This document shows positions 9,885 through 18,024 of a DNA stretch of 32,000 bases, in pieces. Positions within the stretch are counted from its first letter, which is position 1; the number at the start of each line of letters is the position of its first letter. The notes under the pieces were generated by a model. It was not told where the DNA came from. It saw nothing but the letters and a program-made list of their open reading frames with translations, and did no database searches. Source of the DNA: Nitrosopumilus maritimus SCM1 (GTDB lineage: Archaea > Thermoproteota > Nitrososphaeria > Nitrososphaerales > Nitrosopumilaceae); the NCBI RefSeq assembly GCF_000018465.1, contig NC_010085.1:1350001-1382000 (forward strand). Direction: 5' to 3'. The position numbers and the translations under genes were made by a program.

Positions 9885-10162
9885 ACATAACAGTTACCTG
9901 TGAGGACAAGTACGAGGCTCAGAAACTAGCCAGTCTAATTTTCATCAAGGACGGAAATGAGACTTTTATCACAGGAATTCTCAATGTGATAAAAAACGAG
10001 CTAGTTGTATCACTCAAGGACAAATCAGCTCACAGTATTTTGCTTGAAGACGAATCTAATGTAGAAAAGTTTGCAGATTTTGCACAATCAATAATTGACA
10101 AAGAACACAAAATCATCTCAACGAAGGTTGTCGGAAACCAAGTAGAGATTGTTAAAGGTTGA
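9881..10162 (+). CDS. Conserved hypothetical protein, translationally coupled to trpS
   Basis: 93-aa ORF starting at an ATGA overlap with the trpS stop codon. Confidence 0.7.
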   Translation: MNITVTCEDKYEAQKLASLIFIKDGNETFITGILNVIKNELVVSLKDKSAHSILLEDESNVEKFADFAQSIIDKEHKIISTKVVGNQVEIVKG

Positions 10163-10164
10163 AT

Positions 10165-10248
10165 CTATGCACCAAATGCAGTCCAGAGTGCGATTACTCC
10201 AACTACTGCGATTAGAGAAAGACCTAATGCCTTAAAGTCGCCATTCAT
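10165..10248 (-). CDS. 27-aa single-TM micropeptide (candidate)
   Basis: Reverse-strand reading MNGDFKALGLSLIAVVGVIALWTAFGA*, a clean single transmembrane segment; below the ORF-track length cut-off. Confidence 0.45.
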   Translation of the reverse strand: MNGDFKALGLSLIAVVGVIALWTAFGA

Positions 10249-10308
10249 GATATAATTTCTAAATTATTATAATTAAAGTGTTAATACATTCTCAAGGATG
10301 ATTTTAGA

Positions 10309-11319
10309 TCATCGTGGGAAGAACTTACTTTTTTTGCGTTTAGGTCTTGAACTTTGTTCTTTTGGTTTTGCAATTGGTTGTCTGATCTCATTGCAATTCA
10401 AGCACAATACCTTGAGTTCTTCTCTTGCCAAGTCAGGATCTGAGATGTATTTTCCCCAAGACGAAGCAGAACCACCACGTCCAATTTCATCAAAAGAAGA
10501 GTCATCAGAAATGGGGCTAAATCCCAAGGCTCTTTCATCTTTGAATCCACAACTAGAACATGCTTTACCTCCCAAGATTTCAAATAATTTTTCTTTTATT
10601 GTTGCATAGAATTTATCTGAACCATTACTGAAAAAGCTCTCTCGTTTTTTGGAGAGTTTATCATTTCTTAGTTTTCGAGGTTTATCTCTACCTGATTCTC
10701 TTCTGTTGTCTCTGCTAGATTCTCTTCTGTCTCTAGAGTATCTGTCATCACGGCGAGACTCTCTTCTGTCATCTCGTCTTGATTCTCTGCGGTCATCTCT
10801 GCGAGATTCCCTTCTGTCATCTCTGGAAAATTTCTCATATTCATTGTCTTGAGGTTTGTTTTGTTTGAAACAATCACTACAGTAAACAGGTCTGTCAGTT
10901 TTTGGAACAAATGGAATCTCACATTCAGTTCCGCAATCAGCACAAGTTACAAATGCAGATTCTTTTCTTTTTCTAGAGAATCTGTCGTCTCTGCGAGACT
11001 CTCTTCTGTCATCACGATAAGATTCTCTTCTGTCATTTCGAGAATATCTGTCATCACCCAAATTTTCGTGTCTGCTTTCTCTAAAACAATCATCACAGTA
11101 AACTGGTTTGTTACTTCTTGGAACAAATGGAACTTGACATTCATCTCCGCAATCAGCACAAGTTACAGTTGCAGATTCTCTTCTTCCTCCAGAGTATCTG
11201 TCATCTCTAGAGTCTCGTCTGTCATTTCTGGAATTTCTAAAAGAGCGACGTGTATCATCTCTTCTGCGTCCTCCGCCAGACTTTTTCTTATCAGAGTACT
11301 TTGATCTGTAAAGTTCCAT
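10309..11319 (-). CDS. Arg/Asp/Ser-rich low-complexity protein with duplicated CxxC...CxxC zinc-ribbon modules and a C-terminal Cys cluster
   Basis: 336 aa; two copies of 'VTCADCGxECxxPFVPxxxxPVYCxDCF'; long (R/D/E/S)-repeat linkers 'RDDRRESRRDD'; C-terminal 'CSSCGFKDERALGF...LKVLCLNCNEIR'. Confidence 0.85.
   Translation of the reverse strand: MELYRSKYSDKKKSGGGRRRDDTRRSFRNSRNDRRDSRDDRYSGGRRESATVTCADCGDECQVPFVPRSNKPVYCDDCFRESRHENLGDDRYSRNDRRESYRDDRRESRRDDRFSRKRKESAFVTCADCGTECEIPFVPKTDRPVYCSDCFKQNKPQDNEYEKFSRDDRRESRRDDRRESRRDDRRESRRDDRYSRDRRESSRDNRRESGRDKPRKLRNDKLSKKRESFFSNGSDKFYATIKEKLFEILGGKACSSCGFKDERALGFSPISDDSSFDEIGRGGSASSWGKYISDPDLAREELKVLCLNCNEIRQPIAKPKEQSSRPKRKKSKFFPR
10744..10827 (-). 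repeat. Degenerate approx. 24-bp tandem repeats encoding DDRRESRR units
   Basis: Plus strand CTGTCATCACGGCGAGACTCTCTT / CTGTCATCTCGTCTTGATTCTCTG / CGGTCATCTCTGCGAGATTCCCTT / CTGTCATCTC... Confidence 0.8.
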
Positions 11320-11391
11320 GGATGATTATGAGAAATTTATTGGATATAGATACTTAGAGGTCTGATTTGTGCCTAGAAGAAAAAAACCACA

Positions 11392-11730
11392 TCAAACTAG
11401 AGACTTGTCCATCTCAGTAGACATTATCTCTTGAACTTTGAGAAAATACAATCTTGTTGAATATGGCATGTCATCCAAATTATTGTCAACTGCAATCATG
11501 AAATATCTAACTGCACGTTTTGAGATATCTAGATTAAATTTCATTAATAGTATTGGGTCTTGATGAACTTTGATCTTGTCTTGGAGCCAAGGTGGTGCCA
11601 TCTCTATTGTCTCTTTGATAATTTTATCATACCAGTATGACAAGTTTTGAGGATGCAGTCCTTGCTTTAGATTAGCAACGTCTGTGTCTATCTTATTCAT
11701 CATGTGTTTGATGATTGCCATTAGCCTCAA
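11392..11730 (-). CDS. Conserved hypothetical protein
   Basis: 112-aa ORF; start may be an internal Met ('MMNKIDTDVANLKQGL...'). Confidence 0.6.
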   Translation of the reverse strand: MRLMAIIKHMMNKIDTDVANLKQGLHPQNLSYWYDKIIKETIEMAPPWLQDKIKVHQDPILLMKFNLDISKRAVRYFMIAVDNNLDDMPYSTRLYFLKVQEIMSTEMDKSLV

Positions 11731-11773
11731 TCTTGGAATTTTGTTTTATTGCAATTACTCAAAGTTGTGCAAG

Positions 11774-12250
11774 CTACTTGTCAACTGATAACAAGTTTCC
11801 CTCTGAATCAATTTCAGAGTTTTTGATTCTAGTAGTAGATATTCGAGAACCGTCTTTTGCCAAATGCATTGGAACTGTTATGACTTCTACTGGGGAGAGA
11901 TTCTTTTTTGCCCTCAAGTCATTTAGCACATCTCCCTGACTGCTTGTCTCATCACTTACAACTAGTGCTTGTACTTCTGGTTCTAGGACAGCAGGACCAA
12001 AGTCATTATCGAGTTTACTGATTTGAAATGAAGATTTTGGAAATTCCTTAAAGATTGTCTCAGTTAGATTTGCAAGGCGTTTCTCATAGTTGTTTGAAAG
12101 TGTCTTTCCGCGTTTTTTTGCAAACTCGTCACTAGTCAATCCAATGATTACTTTATCTGAAATCTCAAATGCACTTGAGAGCAATGTAATGTGTCCTCTG
12201 TGAATAATATCAAATGTCCCACCCATTGCAACTAGAGAGAATTGAGACAT
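11774..12250 (-). CDS. coaD: Archaeal-type phosphopantetheine adenylyltransferase
   Basis: Nucleotidyltransferase motif 'VAMGGTFDIIHRGHITLLSSAFEISDKVIIGLTSD' and 'ISTTRIK' (ISSTRI-like). Confidence 0.88.
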   Translation of the reverse strand: MSQFSLVAMGGTFDIIHRGHITLLSSAFEISDKVIIGLTSDEFAKKRGKTLSNNYEKRLANLTETIFKEFPKSSFQISKLDNDFGPAVLEPEVQALVVSDETSSQGDVLNDLRAKKNLSPVEVITVPMHLAKDGSRISTTRIKNSEIDSEGNLLSVDK

Positions 12251-12283
12251 GTCAGTTATTGTGTCTCTTTGAAAATAAACTTA

Positions 12284-13351
12284 CTATTGGATATGGAGCA
12301 GGGCAAATGGACCGCGCTCTGCTATTGGAATATTGTTCCTATCCCAGACAAATGTCTCAAGGAAGTAGAGTCCACTCTTTTGTGGCATCCAGTCTATTGC
12401 AGGATACTGATTACCTGTTCCAATAAAGCGTCCGTCATCTTTTCCAATGTACTCTACTGCTCCGGTTGTAGATTCTTTGACTTGGATATAGTATGTGTAT
12501 GGGGTTTCGTTTGTACTTTGGTCTGCAGCAAATTGTATCCAGAGTTTACTTTGCACATTTACAATGGTACCAACTGGAATTTCAGATAGTTGCTTTCCTT
12601 CTGAATCTCTTACATAGACACTAGAGATTGAAACTAGTTTAGACAAGGATTGAGGTTCAGGAATTTCTACATCAATGAAATTAGAAGAGAATACATCAGA
12701 TTCTGCAAACAACAAGAATCCTACTGCCCTTGCATCAATTTCCCTATTGACATTAAATGAAACCTCACTGTCAAGTTCCACATCATCAAGTTCCAGAGTT
12801 ATCACTTCAAGAATTCTAGGAGGCTCAAATGCATCATACAATGCCATGTAGACATTGGTGTTAGAGCTTGGAGCCCCACCGTTTTCTATTACTCCCTTAA
12901 AGTTAAGACGATTATCAACTGTAATTTCACTAGAATAAACTGTCAGGCCTTTTTCTTTTGCAGAAGACGAATCAAATCCAAGCAAAGAGATTGATGCATC
13001 AGTTATGTCAGGGTTTGGGGTTTGGGATTTGATAGAAAATGTAGACTCGCCGTTTGGTGGAATTACCTCAAGTGTTGACCTTTCTGAGACAACCTCCAGA
13101 GGATTAGGATCAAAGTCATCAAAGAAATTCACTTGAATCATGACATTTGTAACAGAGGATAGAGAGTTGTTGTTTTTCACAGTACCAACTACAACGGTAT
13201 AACCATCAGAATCCTGATAGACATACGGAGCCTCACTGGTTATGGATACGGCAAGAGTTGGAGCAGTATCAGAATACTCTTGAGCAAATGATTGTGAAAA
13301 TGGAATTAGTAGAAATACCAAAAATGCAGCAAGGGCAAATTTTAACATCAA
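12284..13351 (-). CDS. Secreted/surface beta-rich hypothetical protein
   Basis: N-terminal signal peptide 'MMLKFALAAFLVFLLIPFSQSFAQ' followed by Ig/FxLYD-like beta-rich repeats without further TM segments. Confidence 0.75.
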   Translation of the reverse strand: MMLKFALAAFLVFLLIPFSQSFAQEYSDTAPTLAVSITSEAPYVYQDSDGYTVVVGTVKNNNSLSSVTNVMIQVNFFDDFDPNPLEVVSERSTLEVIPPNGESTFSIKSQTPNPDITDASISLLGFDSSSAKEKGLTVYSSEITVDNRLNFKGVIENGGAPSSNTNVYMALYDAFEPPRILEVITLELDDVELDSEVSFNVNREIDARAVGFLLFAESDVFSSNFIDVEIPEPQSLSKLVSISSVYVRDSEGKQLSEIPVGTIVNVQSKLWIQFAADQSTNETPYTYYIQVKESTTGAVEYIGKDDGRFIGTGNQYPAIDWMPQKSGLYFLETFVWDRNNIPIAERGPFALLHIQ

Positions 13352-13467
13352 AATTTCTTGGATTTGGAGATTAATTTTCTACGACATAACATATAGTGAA
13401 CAAGAAAGGTAACATCGTTTAACCTAGTTTACACTAGAGAAATGAAATAATAAAAAGAGATGTAAGT

Positions 13468-13569
13468 TTAGTTTCTCTTTGCGGTAATTGCTAACCAGTA
13501 AATTAATCCTGGAGCTAAACCAACAATTAGCGGAATGAATACCGGCCATCCGTCTACTGCGCTTGCCAT
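13468..13569 (-). CDS. 33-aa single-TM micropeptide (candidate)
   Basis: Reverse-strand reading MASAVDGWPVFIPLIVGLAPGLIYWLAITAKRN*; one hydrophobic helix with positive C-terminus. Confidence 0.55.
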   Translation of the reverse strand: MASAVDGWPVFIPLIVGLAPGLIYWLAITAKRN

Positions 13570-13650
13570 GAGAAAAAACGGAAACTTGTCCTATTTAAAT
13601 CCATTTAGCAGTTCGATATTCAGCATGGATCGCGTATAAAAGCAAAGAGT

Positions 13651-13723
13651 GGACCGGACGGAATTTGAATCCGTGACCCCCCGCGTGCAAGGCGGGTATA
13701 CTACCAGGCTATACTACCGGCCC
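13651..13723 (-). tRNA. tRNA-Ala(TGC)
   Basis: GGGCCGG TA GTAT..GTAT A CCCGC CTTGCAC GCGGG GGGTC ACGGA TTCAAAT TCCGT CCGGTCC; 73 nt, G3:U70 alanine identity pair, anticodon TGC. Confidence 0.93.
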
Positions 13724-13803
13724 ACACGAGACTTGGTTTATCTGCAGATTTTAATTGTTGTCTTCTTGGCAAGGATTTTATTTGAAAGTAAGAACGACTA
13801 CTC

Positions 13804-14358
13804 ATGGTACTTTTAGAATCCCAAGTCAAACTAAAGACTGGAGATACAGCACCAGACTTTGATCTTTTAGGAATTGATGACAAGAAACATGCACTAGGCG
13901 ACTACAAGGATTACAAGGGATATCTCGTAATCTTCATGTGCAATCACTGTCCTTACGTCAAAGCCAAGGTTGATGCACTAAACGAATTGTATGAAAAATG
14001 TGGCAGCGATGTTGCCATGATTGCAATTAACAGCAATGACTCTACTGATTATCCTGAAGACAGTTTTGATGCAATGAAAGAGACTGCAAAAGAGAAGGGA
14101 TTCAAATTTGATTATCTAGTTGATGAGACACAAGAGATTGCCAAAAAGTATGGCGCAATGTGTACTCCAGACCCATACTTGTTTGATGGCCAAAAACAGC
14201 TAGTATTTCATGGAAGAATTGACAATGCCATGAAGCCTGATGATACTGCAACTGAGAAGACAATGATCAACAATATCGATAAACTAGTAACAGGTCAAAA
14301 AATCGAAAAAGACTTTGACCCATCTATTGGCTGTTCTATCAAGTGGAAAGAAAATTAG
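13804..14358 (+). CDS. Thioredoxin-like / peroxiredoxin family (AhpC/TSA-Redoxin) protein
   Basis: 'GDTAPDFDLLGIDDKKHALGDYKDYKGYLVIFMCNHCPYVKAKVDALNELYEKCG...YGAMCTPDPYLFD'. Confidence 0.9.
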   Translation: MVLLESQVKLKTGDTAPDFDLLGIDDKKHALGDYKDYKGYLVIFMCNHCPYVKAKVDALNELYEKCGSDVAMIAINSNDSTDYPEDSFDAMKETAKEKGFKFDYLVDETQEIAKKYGAMCTPDPYLFDGQKQLVFHGRIDNAMKPDDTATEKTMINNIDKLVTGQKIEKDFDPSIGCSIKWKEN

Positions 14359-14391
14359 ACTTAAATGAGTCTGACCTAGAGATTTGTTCGT

Positions 14392-14466
14392 GGGCTCGTA
14401 GCTCAGCTTGGCTGGAGCGTTCGACTGATAATCGAAAGGTCATGAGTTCGAATCTCATCGGGCCCA
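14392..14466 (+). tRNA. tRNA-Ile(GAT)
   Basis: GGGCTCG TA GCTC AGCTTGGCTG GAGC .. TTCGA CTGATAA TCGAA AGGTC ATGAG TTCGAAT CTCAT CGGGCCC A; anticodon GAT. Confidence 0.93.
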
Positions 14467-15354
14467 TTACTTTTGATTCTGATATACTGTTTGAGACCAC
14501 TGGATAATTTCATCTAGTTTGTCTGTTACAAGGTCTGACTCTGCTTTTTTGAAAGTATTTCCGCAAAGGACTAGTTTCATCCGTTTTCCAGATTTTGATT
14601 TTATTGGATTAATGGAATCAGCAAAGAAATTCAGACCCTCATCGGTTTCAGAAAAAACAACTACAATCAAGACTCCAGGTTTTTGCTTCCATACTTTACC
14701 AATCAGTTTCTGAAAATCAAGATCAAAGAGCACATCGATAGCTGATGACATGTCCCCAAGATGAGAGACCCTCCATCCATCTGAATGAAATGCAGCAGAA
14801 GCTGCTTCGGCAATCAAACTACTTTGAAAGTCAGCTGAAATCACAATCACATTTTTTTTAGATTCAGAAACTATAGGAATCTGGTCTAGTATCTGAAGGG
14901 ATTTTGAGATAATAGTCCTCAGTAGGTTTTTCTCAGCAGTACCAATCTTTCCCTCATCAAAGAGATTCTTTATCGAATCTATTGCAGGCAAAATTACCTC
15001 AATTATCAAGCGATTAACAGTGGCTCCAGAATGCAGAGAATTTCGAATCAGAGAATAGACCTGGTCCTCGTTTCCCTTTATCAGGTAATCAAGAAACTTG
15101 GGGGCCACTTTGAAATAATCATCAGGAAAATGAAATGATTCTTGTCCTGGTTCTAAAAACCAAAGTGTAATGTTTCCGATATTTTTTTGACGAACCAGTC
15201 CTTCAGCTGCAAAAACTTTGAGATACTTTGTCATGGTGATGCGGTTTACTTTCATTTGCTCTGAAATCTCCACACCAGACATTCCGGATTCAGAATCCTT
15301 CAAAACTGAAATTAGTTTTTCGCGAATCTCTTCTTCAGAATATCCTTTTCCCAT
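14467..15354 (-). CDS. Winged-helix + B12-binding-like domain transcriptional regulator (CarH/MerR-corrinoid-like architecture)
   Basis: N-terminal HTH 'SGMSGVEISEQMKVNRITMTKYLKVFAAEGLVRQKNIG', helical cap-like middle, C-terminal Rossmann-like 'KNVIVISADFQSSLIAEAASAAFHSDGWRVSHLGD...GVLIVVVFSETDEG'. Confidence 0.65.
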   Translation of the reverse strand: MGKGYSEEEIREKLISVLKDSESGMSGVEISEQMKVNRITMTKYLKVFAAEGLVRQKNIGNITLWFLEPGQESFHFPDDYFKVAPKFLDYLIKGNEDQVYSLIRNSLHSGATVNRLIIEVILPAIDSIKNLFDEGKIGTAEKNLLRTIISKSLQILDQIPIVSESKKNVIVISADFQSSLIAEAASAAFHSDGWRVSHLGDMSSAIDVLFDLDFQKLIGKVWKQKPGVLIVVVFSETDEGLNFFADSINPIKSKSGKRMKLVLCGNTFKKAESDLVTDKLDEIIQWSQTVYQNQK

Positions 15355-15472
15355 TATTGCTCTTGGAGTATGGTATTGTATAAAGACTAATTTTCACTGA
15401 CTTACATGACCTGTTTTTTAAAATAAAATCTTATATAGAAGGTACCTTAAAGTACGGTAAGGGAAAAGTAAA

Positions 15473-15856
15473 TTGCCAAAAGCCGGATTCAAATCAATCA
15501 CCGTTTCAGAAACTGTCTACGATAAATTCCAAGAAGTTTATCAAAAGAGTAAAGACGACCTAGCAATGAAAGGTGTCAACAGTTTCTCAGGTTATGTTAC
15601 TTACATGTTAGAGGAGATGATGCAAAAGGACAAGACCTTTGCAAGATATGCTCCAAAGATTGAAAAGATTTCAGTTGATGATGATAGAATTATTCTAAAG
15701 GACAATATCAAAAACAGAATTGCCGAAGTTGCAGTTCAGAAAGGAGAGTTGTACTGTCAGCTCTGTGATGAGAAAGATTGTGTCCATGTTGGTTATGTCT
15801 GGTCCATACCAGAAGTCTATGAAGTTCTAAACGCTAGAGGAATTAGACAAAAATAG
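15473..15856 (+). CDS. Conserved hypothetical protein, RHH-like N-terminus and C-terminal Cys/His cluster
   Basis: 'KAGFKSITVSETVYDKFQEVYQKSKDDLAMKGVNSFSGYVTYMLEEMM' resembles ribbon-helix-helix; 'YCQLCDEKDCVHVGYVWSIPEV' looks like a compact metal site. Confidence 0.7.
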   Translation: MPKAGFKSITVSETVYDKFQEVYQKSKDDLAMKGVNSFSGYVTYMLEEMMQKDKTFARYAPKIEKISVDDDRIILKDNIKNRIAEVAVQKGELYCQLCDEKDCVHVGYVWSIPEVYEVLNARGIRQK

Positions 15857-15864
15857 TTGTGTAT

Positions 15865-15987
15865 GGAGGAGGTGGGATTTGAACCCACGAACTCCTGAGA
15901 GACAGGATCACCCATTATTTGATCTTAAGTCCTGCATGTCCAAAAGCACAAAGTGTACTTACTTTGGCCAGGCTTGATTACTCCTCC
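15865..15987 (-). tRNA. tRNA-Leu(TAA) with two introns
   Basis: GGAGGAG...CTCCTCC acceptor, GTGGG TTCAAAT CCCAC T-arm, anticodon stem CAGGA/TCCTG with loop CTTAAG^A interrupted after position 37 by 15 nt (ATCAAATAATGGGTG, approx. 15909-15923); second approx. 24-nt insertion TAAGTACACTTTGTGCTTTTGGAC (approx. 15938-15961) in the D-arm; removal of both gives an 84-nt class II tRNA. Confidence 0.88.
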
Positions 15988-16078
15988 AAAATGGTAAAAA
16001 TCTGTGTGAAATTTAACAGTTTACAGATTTTGCAGCGATAATGAAGAATTATAAGGATTTTCTACAGGGTGAGTTTGT

Positions 16079-16151
16079 GCTTCGATAGCTCAGCCTGGTA
16101 GAGCGTTACCTTGGTAAGGTAAAGGTCGCGGGTTCGGATCCCGTTCGAAGC
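16079..16151 (+). tRNA. tRNA-Thr(GGT)
   Basis: GCTTCGA TA GCTC AGCCTGGTA GAGC G TTACC TTGGTAA GGTAA AGGTC GCGGG TTCGGAT CCCGT TCGAAGC; 73 nt, anticodon GGT, followed by T6. Confidence 0.95.
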
Positions 16152-16300
16152 TTTTTTCAATTTTCAAGATATCTCAAAAAACGGATTTTTGGCAAATTTA
16201 CGAAGTTTGTATTTAACCTCTTACTCAACTAGGAAAAACCTAGTCCGAGATCAATTTTTTTTATCTTCTGAACTGTTAAAAAATTCTGCAATACTAACTA

Positions 16301-17164
16301 TTGAAACAAGTATACTCCCAAGTGTCAACTGTCACTCCAAAACCCTTTGTAAAGTGGGCCGGTGGAAAACGTCAGCTAATTCCAATTCTAAATGAGAATT
16401 TGCCAAAGACATTTGGGACATATTATGAGCCATTTATCGGAGGAGGTGCTTTGCTCTTCCATATACTCACTGAGAGAAATAACCAAAAATGTAGTATCTC
16501 TGATTTGAACTCTGATCTGGTTTTAGCTTATACCACTATTCGAAACAGAATTGATGACCTAATCTCATCTCTCAAAAATCACGAAAAAAATTATCACAAA
16601 GATTCAAAATCATACTATTACTCTGTTAGAGAATCAAACCCAAGAAGCGAGATTGAGAAAACCTCAAGATTGCTCTTTTTGAACAGGACCTGTTTTAACG
16701 GATTGTACCGTGTCAACAGTAAAGGAAAATTCAATGTCCCACTGGGACGTTACACAAATCCCAATATCGTAAATGAGGAGAACCTCCGCTCTGTCAGTGC
16801 CATATTACAATCAAGCAAAGTCTCAATCAAATGTAGAGATTTCGGGGCAGTATTACGAGATGCCAAAAAAGGAGACCTCGTATATTTTGACCCACCATAC
16901 CAACCAGTCAGCGATACTGCCAACTTTACAAGTTACACAAACAAGGACTTTACAGACAAGGACCTTGAGAGACTAGCAGACCTGTGTAACAAACTAGATT
17001 CTAAGGGATGCAAAGTGTTATTATCAAATTCTGATTCAAAACAAGTTTCAGATATGTTCTCAGGAAAATCCTGGAAAGTAAACAAGGTTCAAGCAAACCG
17101 TTCTATCAATTCCAATTCAAAAAAGAGAACAGGTCACTTTGAATTACTAATCAAAAATTATTAG
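16301..17164 (+). CDS. DNA adenine methylase, Dam family (N6-adenine, probable GATC specificity)
   Basis: 'PFVKWAGGKRQLIPILNENLPKTFGTYYEPFIGGGALLFHI' (motif I), 'LLFLNRTCFNGLYRVNSKGKFNVPLGRYTNP', 'GDLVYFDPPYQPVS' (DPPY). Confidence 0.95.
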   Translation: MKQVYSQVSTVTPKPFVKWAGGKRQLIPILNENLPKTFGTYYEPFIGGGALLFHILTERNNQKCSISDLNSDLVLAYTTIRNRIDDLISSLKNHEKNYHKDSKSYYYSVRESNPRSEIEKTSRLLFLNRTCFNGLYRVNSKGKFNVPLGRYTNPNIVNEENLRSVSAILQSSKVSIKCRDFGAVLRDAKKGDLVYFDPPYQPVSDTANFTSYTNKDFTDKDLERLADLCNKLDSKGCKVLLSNSDSKQVSDMFSGKSWKVNKVQANRSINSNSKKRTGHFELLIKNY

Positions 17165-17239
17165 ATTATTTTTTTCAAAAAAATTTCTAGAGTTAACACT
17201 AGTTGTAGATAATAAAATGAAAAGGAAAAGGTTGGGTTT

Positions 17240-17890
17240 TTAGTCCCACTTTGACCAAGCGGCCATCCATCTGTAAGTCCATGTATTCAATTTACAACCT
17301 AACGCTGCAAATGTACATCCCAAAACTGCACCTGCACCTGCACCGAGAGCAACTGGGCTGTTATAGAACTTACCTACTTGGGGTTCTATCGGTGTCATGT
17401 ATGGTGGCAATGTTGGTCTTGGATACTTGAATGCCGTTTCTAGTGGGTCTGCTACTGTTATCAGGTTTACCATGTTGAACAATGGTAATGACATTCCTAC
17501 CAGTACACCGCCGAACAGTATCAAGGAGTGCTTGTTCTTCTTTGTTGCCCAGTAGACTAAGTCCAACAGCATTGCTGATGGTAACCAAACTGGTGTTACA
17601 ATGAAGTCATATGGATAACCTAGTGAGAACCAGGCTGCCTTTGCAATCCATGTGTAAACTGTCATAATCAGAGCGTAGTACGTTGCTGTGCCTGGAACGC
17701 CTGTAAATGTTAGGTAATATGTTGCACCTACAATAAGCATCAACGTTTGCGATATTGAGAATACCGTGTACGAAGTCCAAGCCCAGTCAGTGTAGAAGAT
17801 GTAGTCTCCTGCATTAATTGTTAACAGTGTAGAGTTAACTGCAACCACTACTATGAACAAGTAGTGTGTACATCGTCTTAACCAGACCAT
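17240..17890 (-). CDS. amoA: Ammonia monooxygenase subunit A (archaeal)
   Basis: 216-aa protein recognisable as thaumarchaeal AmoA: 'MVWLRRCTHYLFIVVVAVNSTLLTINAGDYIFYTDWAWTSYTVFSISQTLMLIVGATYYLTFTGVPGTATYYALIMTVYTWIAKAAWFSLGYPYDFIVTPVWLPSAMLLDLVYWATKKNK'. Confidence 0.99.
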   Translation of the reverse strand: MVWLRRCTHYLFIVVVAVNSTLLTINAGDYIFYTDWAWTSYTVFSISQTLMLIVGATYYLTFTGVPGTATYYALIMTVYTWIAKAAWFSLGYPYDFIVTPVWLPSAMLLDLVYWATKKNKHSLILFGGVLVGMSLPLFNMVNLITVADPLETAFKYPRPTLPPYMTPIEPQVGKFYNSPVALGAGAGAVLGCTFAALGCKLNTWTYRWMAAWSKWD

Positions 17891-18024
17891 ATCAAGTTGA
17901 AGAAACGGTCAGTATATAAAATTTTAGAGTGTGATGGAGATCGTCGCTTTATTCGGCAAATACACACAGGTATTTGTCAAAAATTAAAATGAAAAAGAAG
18001 TGTTCTGAAGGATTTACCTTCTGA

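Noticed and set aside
10744-10827. CRISPR-like short repeats
   Set aside because: Repeats are contiguous (no spacers), about 24 bp, in frame with a coding sequence, and degenerate; they are coding tandem repeats.
10298-11304. ORFs antisense or frame-shifted in the zinc-ribbon/RDRES gene
   Set aside because: Arise from low-complexity repeats; no independent coding evidence.
16301-17164. Complete restriction-modification or other defence system
   Set aside because: Neighbouring genes are tRNAs and amoA; no endonuclease or known defence partner is adjacent.
16079-17239. Possible tRNA-borne integrative element carrying the Dam methylase
   Set aside because: No integrase, and no duplicate of the tRNA-Thr 3' end was seen downstream of the methylase before amoA; mobility not supported.
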